In this document: positions 13,501-25,200 of the stretch, in pieces | Position numbering within the stretch: position 1 is the first letter of the stretch | Layout: each line of letters opens with the position of its first letter | Source of the DNA: Intoshia linei | Lineage: Eukaryota > Animalia > Orthonectida | DNA: 37,253 bases | Assembly: GCA_001642005.1 (NCBI GenBank) | Contig: LWCA01000242.1 | Coordinates: 1 to 37,253, forward strand | Direction of reading: 5' to 3' | Program-made: the position numbers and the translations under genes | Notes under the pieces: generated by a model | Database searches by the model: none | The model's input: only the letters and a program-made list of their open reading frames with translations | What the model was told of the DNA's origin: nothing

Positions 13501-15314
13501 AAAAATGATAAAATTTTATTAAAAACACGAATTTACTCTAAATTACATGTAAAATGTACAATTTACATGTTTAAATTTTTATTCTTCTATTCTATTCATT
13601 ACATTTAATCATTAAATTATTAACATTATAAAAATAATCAAAAATGATATAAAACCCTTCACTTAAATTTTGGTAAAAAAAATCTGAAAATTCCACTTCA
13701 AGGGTTTGGTTCAAAAAAATATTATAAAACCCACCCATTTAATGTTTGTAATTTGAAATTTAATTTATATGGTTATCTGTAACATTATTTAGGAATGTTT
13801 TGACTTTTTGACAATTGTGGCCCTAGTTAGTACACTGTTTGAACAGGGAACCACTACATTAAAAAAATAAAAATATTTTGATTTTCATTCCACTTAACTT
13901 ATATGTGCAGGTCATTTCATATAATTAATAATCAACCATTATTATCATCATTAATCGAGAAGAAAATAAAATCTAAAGCTTTTAATTAGAACCGAAAAAG
14001 CTTTAATATAATTATGATAGTAGTCATTTTAAGTTAAATTTGAATACATTTTTGTACTTCAGCAAAATTCACAGTCCGTTAATCAGGATTTTTTTTCGTT
14101 TAAAAAAAATTTATGAATAAAATTAAAAAATAATAAAAAATAAAAAATTAAACTGTCTAAAAATTAAACAAAATTTAAAAATGAGTTATAATAATCAGTA
14201 ACAACGTAAAAAAAAAGTAGGCGCCCTCCAACATATACATTTAATCTATTGTTGAATTTCTTCTACTGTGTATTACTACTGTTTTGTAAATTGAAATTTT
14301 CTAAGTGAATTCACACATTACTTTATAAACGTTTTAAATTTGAGTTAACGCAAATTAGTATTCATTAATCACACTTTCGAGGAATGCCTGCACTATTATA
14401 ATACAATGCAATCGAAATATCCACTAGGTAATCGTTATCAATAGTTGACTCTTTTTTGAAATAATCAGAAACATCACAATTCGCCTTAGACTAAAATATA
14501 TTGATTCAATATTAGTTTAGGTATCAAGAATTTTAACAACTGTAATATACCAACAATTGTTCCATCTAACTGCGATAAAGAAAAGATTTACGTTTTTGAA
14601 AAAAATTTAAAGTTAGCTAATTTTAAAACTAAATTAAAGTATGTAAAATATACCTTAAATTTTTTTTGACATGAATTTAAATTAAATTTAACCAAATAAC
14701 CCACTAAAACAGCACATAATATATCAATCATCTAAATATCTATATAACTAAACAGTAAAAATAAAAAACGGTATAAAAAATGAGTTGAAAGAATAGTGTA
14801 AATTTGCTAACAAATTGAAAAAATTCTATCATCAATGGCGTCTAAAATATGTTTTAATATTATTAATTTACTAATAATGAAGGATATTATAATTAGGTTA
14901 AGTTATTAACAGAACGTAACAATAAATGTAAAAACTTTTTAACGACTTTCACCTAACCTAATTATAATAATACCACATGTATAAATTCGACACTATAACA
15001 ACAAATTCCAGCATTCTTGAGAGCTATACCTTCCTCAACTAAAAGCATATAAATTTTTTTAACCGTTAAAACGGCTCAAAGTTTTACATACCATTAATTG
15101 CACTATTGTACGGAGTAATTAATTCATAAACTTGAGTAAAATCGTAAATTTTTGAAATTTCACTAAACCCGACACGTGAAATGATTCCAATCAATATAAT
15201 ACAAATTCTAGTTTTGGTGCATTTCTGACGAAAATTTTGACAAAATTCTAATTTGGTCCCTTTGCAAAATGTATAATCTAATTTGTTTAAAGTACTAGCT
15301 TCATTACTTTTCAT
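10581..15314 (-). CDS. PIGU: GPI transamidase subunit PIG-U, multi-exon
   Basis: Spliced motifs ELITPYNSAINGVEEGIAL...FIHTPL, DILCA, ISIALYLLNPSIIAAC...STSTVSNL, DPNVGISWYMFAEMFIHFEKFF, YYWIMKGSTNSNFYYA are diagnostic for PIG-U/Gab1; last exon 10581-10663; intron of about 2.45 kb at 11950-14405. Confidence 0.92.
12141..12490. mobile_element. hAT-type MITE in the PIGU intron
   Basis: TIRs CAGGGGTGTC / GACATCCCTG; 8-bp TSD gttaatat / gtcaatat. Confidence 0.85.
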
Positions 15315-15618
15315 TTTTTATATATTTTTTAAAATATAAAATATAATATAAATTAATATTCCGATGGAAATCTAAAATCATTGTCAAGGTAAATCATCGA
15401 AATCTAGTCACTCGTCATGACTCAATAACAAATTTAGTTTATATATAAAAAAGGAAAATAAATAGAAAGACATGAAAAATGTTCAACTCTGTTCATTATT
15501 ATTAAACTCCCTGTCAAGACCAAATTCGACCCTAAAAATTATTACAATCTACATTGAATTGAATTATAAACAAACCATTAGTAACAAAATAACGTGATCA
15601 TCAATTTAAAATTTGAGA
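15315..15618. promoter_or_regulatory. Putative bidirectional promoter PIGU/CCDC25
   Basis: 304 bp between divergent ATGs; inferred from gene geometry only. Confidence 0.55.
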
Positions 15619-16257
15619 ATGGTCTTTTATTTTAAAAGTTGTCCGAACAATTCAAAACAAGAATACAATTTATATAGCGGAGAAGACAAATTTGAAAATG
15701 ATGAATTGATAAAATATTCTTGGCCAAATGATGTGTGGTTTCATGTAGATAACCTTTCATCTGCTCATGTTTATTATAGAGGAGATGGAGAAATTGACCC
15801 TGAAACATTACCACCTGAATTAATTGAAGATTGTGCTCAATTGACTAAATTCAATAGCATTCAAGGAAACAAAACACCATCCGTAAATATTATATACACC
15901 TTGGCTTCAAATTTACACAAGACAAATAATATGGAACCGGGAGAAGTCAATTTCAAAAACCGATCAAAAGTATATAAAATTAATGTGAGTGCCAGAAATA
16001 ATGGTATATGTAGACGATTAAGTAAAACCAAAATTGTTGGATCTGTAGACGATTTTAAAAAACAACACCATGAAAATTTGATTAAAATTAAACAAGACAG
16101 AATACGCATTAATATGGAAGAAACTAAAAAAAACGAAATATTACGTAAAGAACGCGAAATTGAGAAAGAAAAGTATTCATATAATAATTTACATCGAACT
16201 GAAAATATGACATCTAATAAAGACGTTGAAGAGTATGATTCTGATGATTTTATTTAA
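15619..16257 (+). CDS. CCDC25: Coiled-coil domain-containing protein 25 (NFACT-R domain), single exon, 212 aa
   Basis: MVFYF...LYSGEDKFENDELIKYSWPNDVWFHVDNLSSAHVY...DCAQLTKFNSIQGNK...NMTSN...DSDDFI matches CCDC25 end to end. Confidence 0.96.
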   Translation: MVFYFKSCPNNSKQEYNLYSGEDKFENDELIKYSWPNDVWFHVDNLSSAHVYYRGDGEIDPETLPPELIEDCAQLTKFNSIQGNKTPSVNIIYTLASNLHKTNNMEPGEVNFKNRSKVYKINVSARNNGICRRLSKTKIVGSVDDFKKQHHENLIKIKQDRIRINMEETKKNEILRKEREIEKEKYSYNNLHRTENMTSNKDVEEYDSDDFI

Positions 16258-19200
16258 ATTATAGTCAAATTAAAATTTTTATATTCCTTTTCTAAAAAGT
16301 TTATAAAATTTTTCCAGTCTTTTTCAGTTGAATGTTTGCCAAATGATATTCTTACTGATCCTGTCGGTTTACCATCAATTACACCAATCGAATCGTCTAA
16401 AACGTGATTCGCCTAATTGATACGTAAAACTATCATGTTTATGAGGTACCTCGTAACTTTTCATTAAATCATCATTTGTCAGGTTTAACCACATTTGACT
16501 AGCTCCGATATTACAAAATGTACCAGTACGTAGAATTATTTTGTTTTTTATTGCAGATTTATTAACCTGAATTATAATTTATAATGGGTTGATTATAAGC
16601 TTTATTAAATTAAATTAGGTCATTTAGAGAGGTTTATGGGAAAAACCTAACTTTACTTATATATAAAGTAATTTTCTAAAAATGTATGTCCTTGTTTGTC
16701 TAATTATTTGTTTAAAAAAGTAAAAGGCGTAAAGTTTTAGTAACACCATCATATAATAGTTTTTCGATAGTGATTTCATAATTGTCAGAAATTGAGGCCT
16801 TCAGGACAAAAACACAAATTACCCTTTTTTTTAAATGAAATAAGTCCTAGAATTTTAGAAAACATACATTCTGGGATAGTTATAAAAATGATAAGCATTA
16901 TCATAAAAATCAACCTCAAAAATCTACATTTTCAAAACTCAAAACCTTAAATAGCTCTTTTTTGAGAAAATGAAAAAAGTTATAGAAATTTAAAAAAAAC
17001 ACAGCTAATAGAATTATTTTTAAATTGACGCCTTCATGGTCAAAAATCAGTTAGTATTGATTTTTTTCTTTGGTGAGTAAACAAAAAAAATTATATAACT
17101 AATAGTCCCAGAATAAAAAAAGATTATTCTGATAAAAAATTCGAATCAGAAGTCTACGTATTCCCAAAAAATAATTTAAAAAATATACTTTGGTTCTTTC
17201 TATGCGACAATTTAGTCACCCCGTTGACAATATCCTTACTTATATACATGTAATATGCTACGCAATATTTGTTTGTGTGTTCCTGTTTATTGCAATAACT
17301 ACCAGTCTTAGAATTTATAAAGTCCAAATTTCAATTACAGTTTTTTCCGAGGTATTAGCAACATAAATTTCAACCTCCCAAACTCACATCTAAAACCCCA
17401 ATTGTCCCTCTTTTTGAAAATCAAACGAGTTGGAGAATTAAAAAAAAATATATACGCTGACACGGATTTTAAAATCATAAGTTTAAATTTAAAAAAAATA
17501 TATCTTCAGGGCCAAAACCACAAATTACCCTTTTTTTTAATGAAAACAGCCCTAGAATTTAAAAAAATTTTAATCTGAATAAGTGACGCCTTCATGGTCA
17601 AAAAAGCATTTTAGTTTTCATATATTTTTTTTCCGAAATATTTTATTAAAATAAAAAATATGAAATAATTAACTGTCCGAAAATTAAAAAAAAAGAAATA
17701 ATATTCTGATAGAGCTTATTCCAGTTCATATAAATACAAAATGTCAACCCCAGAAATCTACGCATTCCCGGTTAAAAATAATTTTAAATATTGATCCTAC
17801 AATTTTAAAAAAAATGTGCATTGAATGTCTACATATTTGCAAAAAAGAAACATGGGTGACAATCTATATAATTCATTACTTCGGAATTTTTTTCATTTTC
17901 AAAACGTTTTGTAAGAAATTTAAATAAAAATTACAACGACTACTAAAAGTAATACAACTTTGTTATTATCATTTTTATATTTATTACATTCCTTTGCAAT
18001 ATTGGTAAAATTCGCTGGAAAAGCTAGGCGCTGTTTGTATGTAGTACATAACAGTCAACCTAGTACAATATAATACCAAAAATTTAAAAATATACCAAAT
18101 CATAATTGACTAATGTTCCATTTTGATCCAGTACATTAAAATTTAAAACGGCACCATTACATTTTGATGACATATGGTCCATATCACCATATATTAAAAT
18201 AATAGGTTGATGATTATCATGTTTTAATTCACTCAATTTTTTTAAAAAAACGCTAAATATTGTAAATACAACATTTTCCACTTTTTCAGGTAAACCTGCA
18301 ACTAAATATAATTATAAACTAAAATAACTTGTAATGTAAAATATGGAGAAAAAATACATTTAGACATTGTAAAGCACATGAATGCAGCTCTGAGACCAAC
18401 CAATTGTAAAAAAGGTATAGTACCGTCCTCAAATCTAAATGTAATGATAAACTATACAAGACGTAATATACACAATAAAGATGCACTCTCAATATATTAG
18501 TAATAAATAATTGTAAGTGAAAATAAACCTACTGGAAAAATTTTTCCGCGGATAATTTATTTTCTTATCTACTAAATATATATCTTGCGTCCCACCACCA
18601 AAATAACGTTTACGAAGAAGAGACTTGGCCCGTTTGTGTACTATCAGAGCTCCTAACCAATGATTATTTATCAATAAATATATTTTAACATACCTAGACC
18701 AGTTGGATATCCAAAAATTTTGTAGAAAGAAAAAACTACAAAATCAGGCTGATATTTTTCTAAATCTAGCTTTGAACAAGGGACAAAACTAGCAGCATCC
18801 AATAAAACAAACTTTTTCGGTTTTTTAATATCATTTATGATGGATAAATTGTACTTTTTACCATTAAAGTTTGATTGAGCTGGAAATACAAACAATTGAT
18901 TAGTATAATCATTTTGTCGGATTAAATCTATGAAAGTGAAATGAATTATTGGAATAAAGTATATTACTAGCCTCTTTCATAAAATCATCATATTTTAAAC
19001 ATTTAAATCCAAATTTTCTCCACAATACAGTTTCTCTCATTCCAACAACGGAAGTATGATTGTCATTCAAATAAACCAATTCTACATTATTATTTTAAAC
19101 CACAATAACCAAATTTACTTTTTATTAAAATAAACATAATTCGAATATGTAAAACCTCTTGCCAAAAAAATTATATTACACGTTTTTAAAGACCGTTACC

Positions 19201-22200
19201 GTGTTTAATATACAATAATATGTGTACAAATAATGTACATATAAACAAGTCATTCCAAAGTAAACGGTAATGTTTACCTAGAGGCCCTGAATCTAGATGG
19301 GTTGCGTGAATGGTTCTAGTAATGTTCTGGTACCAGAAAAATGTTTTTAAATAATTTGATCATTTTTTTCAAATTTCAAGTAGAGTCGAAGATTAAATAA
19401 GTCGAAACGCGATTTAAATAAATAAAAAATTTTCTCAAATGGACAAAATAAGGGAAGACTTAAATACAATGTAAATTTTGTTATATCCTTTAATGTTGTA
19501 TAGAATAATATAATTTTATAAATATCATATTTATGTAATTTTTGTATTGTATAAACTAAAATTATATACAATATTGCACATTGTACAATGGTCTACAATT
19601 GGATTAGGTACTGCCAGTAGCCTTAGCCTTCTTGGGAATCAAAGTTAAATTGATGTGAGGCAATACACCGCCTTGGCTGATCGTAATATGCTTCATTAAT
19701 CGGTTCAATTCTTTATCATTTCTGATGGTCCTTTATCCTTACGAAGGTGTCTGTGAATACGTCCGAATGAAAATTGTAATTCAGCTTTCGATGATCTTGA
19801 TTTGCTCTTTGCATTTTTCGATTTTCCTGATTTTCCTCTTCCAGACATAATACTGTAATATTTTAAATCGGTAAAAAATAAATGGTACCCTAATTCAGAA
19901 AATTGTTTATATACTATCAGTATGTGCGCAATATGATATTATAAGTAAAAATTTAAAAGTCACATATAGTGATCAACAATTACGTTATACTATAACCTAT
20001 ACTACATATATAAAATGTATACCCTTTTTGAATTTTAAGGCTTTCGCGCGCTTTTTCCCCTTTTTCTTAATTGGCGCTATTTCTTTTTTTAAAGATGGAT
20101 ATGATTAATGTATGACCCACTAAGACATATGCCAAATTTGCACATAAAAATTTTAATATTTAACCTCACAGGGTGTCTTTTCCTTAAAAAGTAGTTTTTG
20201 TAATATTGGTCAAATTTAAAAATACTAACAATTATAATAACGATAAATTTATTTTAAATATGAAAATCTGAGTATCCCATGTTAAAATTCAGTTATTAAC
20301 GTTTTAAACACATTTTAATGAAAAAAAGTAATATGAACTCACTAGAAGCCGAGCTAAAAAATTGAACTGTGTTTGTTCTAATTATAATTTTTGTATGACG
20401 ATATGTAAAATGTTATGCAGATTCGAGGCAATTGAGTGTAGTTTTTTTTGTATTATTAGTTTCTTCGTTTTAATTAATTAAAATCAGGAAAAAAAACGAA
20501 AATACTTTATTATCTTGAAAAAATTACGATAAATCATGGAAACAATAGTTTTTAAAATTTTAAATATTTATTTTAAAATTTAACAGTAATTTTGTTTCAA
20601 TGTCAACCATATTACGGTCGACAAATTTTTTTACATATCCCAGAGATCTCTTACAAATTTCATTTGTAACATCCACATTGATAGGATATGATCGCAACAT
20701 ATAATTCCGATTAAAGCATTCCAATGTTTTACCTTCCAGTATTCTTTGTAATAATTAAATTGATTCAATTTGTCTTCTACAAGTGAACCAAGCAGGCGAG
20801 AGATACCATACATTGTTATAACCGATTGCACAACATCAAATATTGTTGATGATGTTCCATTAACTATTATTTTCATTGCAATGCATATCTGCAAAGATCA
20901 TCTTTGTAATTAATAATTAGTTTATTTATTTCTTTCTGACATACCTTTAAACTACATGCTTGTTTTTAAATGGACGACCTAGAAAATGTCTTGTATCCCA
21001 TTATTTTCATTACTTCGTTAACAATAGAAACAGTACAATTAATGGAATATCCAAGGCTTTCAGATATTTTTACAACATCCGACTGACATATTGTGAGGAT
21101 AAAGCAAATTTGAATTATTTTCCATTGAATCTGATGTGAAGTTTGATTCTTCAGCACTATTATTATATTGGTCCAAAATTGAGTCAAAAATTTTAGGTTC
21201 ACAAGAAATATCAACTAATTTTATAAATGGTTCATGTTTGCCATGCTTTATATGTTTTGATTTTTTCTTGTTATTAATTGTAATAATCTACGCTTTATTG
21301 AATTCTTTGTAATTGTTTTAATTCGACATTTTTTCCATAAAAATATCAATTCATCAGAAATCAAATCAATTCGATCATTAACAGACTTGGTAGTGTGAAA
21401 TAGAAATGCATATCTTTCTAATGTATTAAATTTCAGTTGCCAATCGAGATAAATCACTTAACTTATTCATTATTATAAAACTTTTATAAACGAATAAATA
21501 AAGGAATGTAAATAGAATTGTTGCGATAGTTACCGTTGAAATATTTAAACCTCACATTTTATATATACTTTTGAAAATATAAATTGATTTAGGGCACACA
21601 TTTTTAAAAAATTGACCATTTTTAATAGGCACATACGTTATTACACACTTTAAAGTATATGGTGTGACCATGGATTTTTTTTTGAACAGCCCTAATATTT
21701 ATACAATATTTATTATATTATATTATATATTGTATTTATAAAATGTTCAGTGATATGTTAAAATTTTATCAATTTTCCATTATTTCAGTTTAACTTTAAC
21801 TCAATAATAAACAAGATTACTAGTCAATAATGAATTTCGATTATAATTATAATCATTAATAATTATTATTTACATGATAAAAATTTTATTAAGGAGCGGT
21901 AGAATATTTTTATGAAGCTACAGGAAAAAATGTTAGGAATCACTGATATAAACCTTTAAAATCAATTATATTATTATTTTCTTTTTCAGCAAACACAAAA
22001 CATTCAGCTATCATCTTTAATCCGGATGTGGCTCCATTGTTGAATATAATACTGTAATCATCGTTTTTAATTGATAAAAATTCTTTAATGCTAAAAAATA
22101 AAACGTAAAATAAAATTAGTACAATAAATAAATTAAATAATTTAAACAGAAAAACATATTTGATAACATTTGTTGTATGGAAATTGGGTTATTCCAGATT

Positions 22201-25200
22201 ACATTTTTTCTTAATTAGTACCATATAAAGTAAAATGCAGCAAAAACTGATTAGAATTTATAGTAACAACTACAAAATAAATATAATATTTAAAAAAAAT
22301 TTCAAATTTAATATTTGTAGTCATCATTTAGCCGTTTCGGTATACTTTAAGGTAGTGGCCGCCGAACTTGTTTTAAACCAGCAGTATCAAAAAAAAATTT
22401 AAATATCATCCTTTGAAAAATTTTTCGATTCTTAAAGATGTAAGATACCATATTAACACTACATGTAGTTATAAGGTCTAACACTTTAAATTTTTTTTAA
22501 ATTAAAAAAAACATTTGACAAAAATTTTGGTACATCAATTTGGAACAAATAATAAATAGTTAAAAAACAATACACAGGAAAATTTTGTTTAAAATGAGTT
22601 CATGACACTTAAAAACAAATGTAACATTTAAATACGCAACTAACATTAATTATTGCATAATATTGATATGAGTACAATTACGGTTACTCCACTTGCTGTG
22701 GCACCACAACCCCAGCAAATTACTCCAGTTGCAGTTCAACCGTTTCAACCAGCTCCACAATATCAACCATTTCAACAGCTTCAACCTGTACAACAATTTC
22801 AGACAACTCCATCATCTCCAGTTCAAACAAGACAACCACAACAAAATACAATTGTCATCCAACAAAATAATCATAGACCTCAAAACTATTTGTGTTTGGC
22901 CATATTTATTACAATATGTTTCAATTTCATTTTTGGTAATATAAAAATTTTAATAAATGTTCTCCTTTCATTTAAACCAGGAATCGGCAATATTTTGCAT
23001 ATCGGGGCCACTTTTTTATATAAAAAATTCCACGGGGCCGTTTTTGAAAATTTACACATGATACATTTCAATTTTAATTAAAGAGAAACGGTTCTAGTAT
23101 ATTCAACAAAATAAAATCCTGGACGATTTGAAAATTAAGTATTAAAATGATTATAATGAGCCAATTGTAGTAGAAAATGTTTAAAACGGTGTTTAAAAGT
23201 TAAAAAATTTAACTTTTAGCCTGTTTTTAATTTTTAAAGAGACAGTGCTAAATGTTTTTTGGGGGAGCGATGGCTCAATAAAAATTGAGAATTCTTTAGT
23301 TATCATATTGAATATTATTTATGAATATTTTAGGAATACTTGCTATAGTCTTCTCAGTTATGTCATCACAGTCAGCTGATCAAAATAACATGGACGATGC
23401 AAGATCCAAAGGAAAAATATCATTATTTTTATCAATTTTTGGAGTCATTGTTACAATAATTATTATAATTATAGTGGTATCTGTTACAAATTCCTATCAA
23501 TCAAGCTACACAAGCACTTATTACACCGATCCATATTATTACTCTGATCCATATTATTATTCTGATCCATATTACAATAATTATAATTATACTTTATAAA
23601 TATATTAATATTAATATAACTTATAATACATTAGTACTCCTACTATAAAAATATTTTAAATGATAGTTATATATGAATTTGTAGATTTAAATTAAATATA
23701 AATTCAAAAGTAAAAAAATAACTGTATTGGGTTGGAAAATTGCATAAAAAAAATATACCATTTTTATATAAACTTAAAAATTATAAAAAAATATCAGCAT
23801 AACAAAAATAATTATAGTGTTTAAACATTAAAGGAACTGACGTTAGAGAAAAGAAAACATATTGTACAATCCATACTTACATGTATTATGTATATATGTA
23901 TATAAAGTAATTTAGTTAAAAATGTATATCTGTTTATTTATTTGTTTGTTCCAGTAAATTTGAGAAAGTAAGTGGACTCGAGTTTTAAAAATTTCATATT
24001 GCTATTACAGTTTTTCGAAGGTCATGTTTTATCCGAAATCTCATTTTCAGAAATTGAGTCCTTCAAGGTCAAAAACCACAATTATGTTATTTTTAACATT
24101 CAAATCCGTTCTACAATGTAGAGCTATAAAAATTCATAGTCTGATAAAGATTTTAAAATCATCAAAATTACGATAAATTTAAATCTCAAAATCTTATATT
24201 TTCACCGCTAAAATCACATATTACTCTTTTTTGTAAAATTAAAAAATTCATAAACTGATAAAAATTTTAAAATCATCAACATTACGATAAATTTCGATTT
24301 CAAAGTCTTATATCTTCACGGCCAAAACTTCAAATTATCCTTTGTTGTAAAAATTAAAATAGTTCTAGAATTTTATAAAACACTAGGTTGACTGTTATGT
24401 ACTACGTACAAACAGGACATAGCTCTGCTGAGGGCACATTTTTATTATACTTAAAAAATAAATTCACGTTGAAAATCTAATTTAAAAATCCTACTATTCA
24501 TTATTATCAATCCTTTAAAGGAGTCGTTCCCAAATTTGTGTCAAGTGGAACAATCATATCACATTACTTTTTACTTTAAAGTGAATTATTCCATCTTAAT
24601 TTTGTTTTGTTAACATTTGCGTAAAGAATTTTAAAAGCAATTATCATCCCATTTTTTTAATTTATTAGACAGAATGTGGATATAATATTAAAAATAAAGT
24701 AAAAACAGTCCAATCCTGAAAATTATCATAAATAGCATAAATTCTAGGAAAATTAAAATTATAAAAACCTATTTTGTTATTTTTAATGTGATGATATATA
24801 TGCTATTTCCAGATAACACACACAAAAAATTTCAATGTGACAAAGTGACGCCTTCACGGTTAAAAAAGCACTTTAATATTAATTTTTGTATTTTGAAACT
24901 ATTTTCAAACCAAAAATTTGAAATAATGAACGGTCCTACAATTAAAAAGTCCGCCCTCGACAGAGCTAGGTGCTGTTTATATCAAATACATAACAGTCAA
25001 CCTAGTTGTATAATAACATTTATATTAATTTTAATAATTATACTTATATAAAAAACCTATAATAATAATTTTGTATCTATATCTACCCAGGTACCCAAAA
25101 TGAAAAACAAAAGCTACTCTTTTAGATAATGGTGCGCTTTATAACAAAGACTACTGCAACAAATAGAGGGCCGTTGATAGTCAGCAGTAGGCCTCTGTCA

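Noticed and set aside
19347-19571. Short F/L/I/K/Y-rich ORFs (also 24788, 28660, 29799, 30226, 30251, 36850)
   Set aside because: Composition expected from random AT-rich or repeat DNA; often non-ATG starts; no domain signal.
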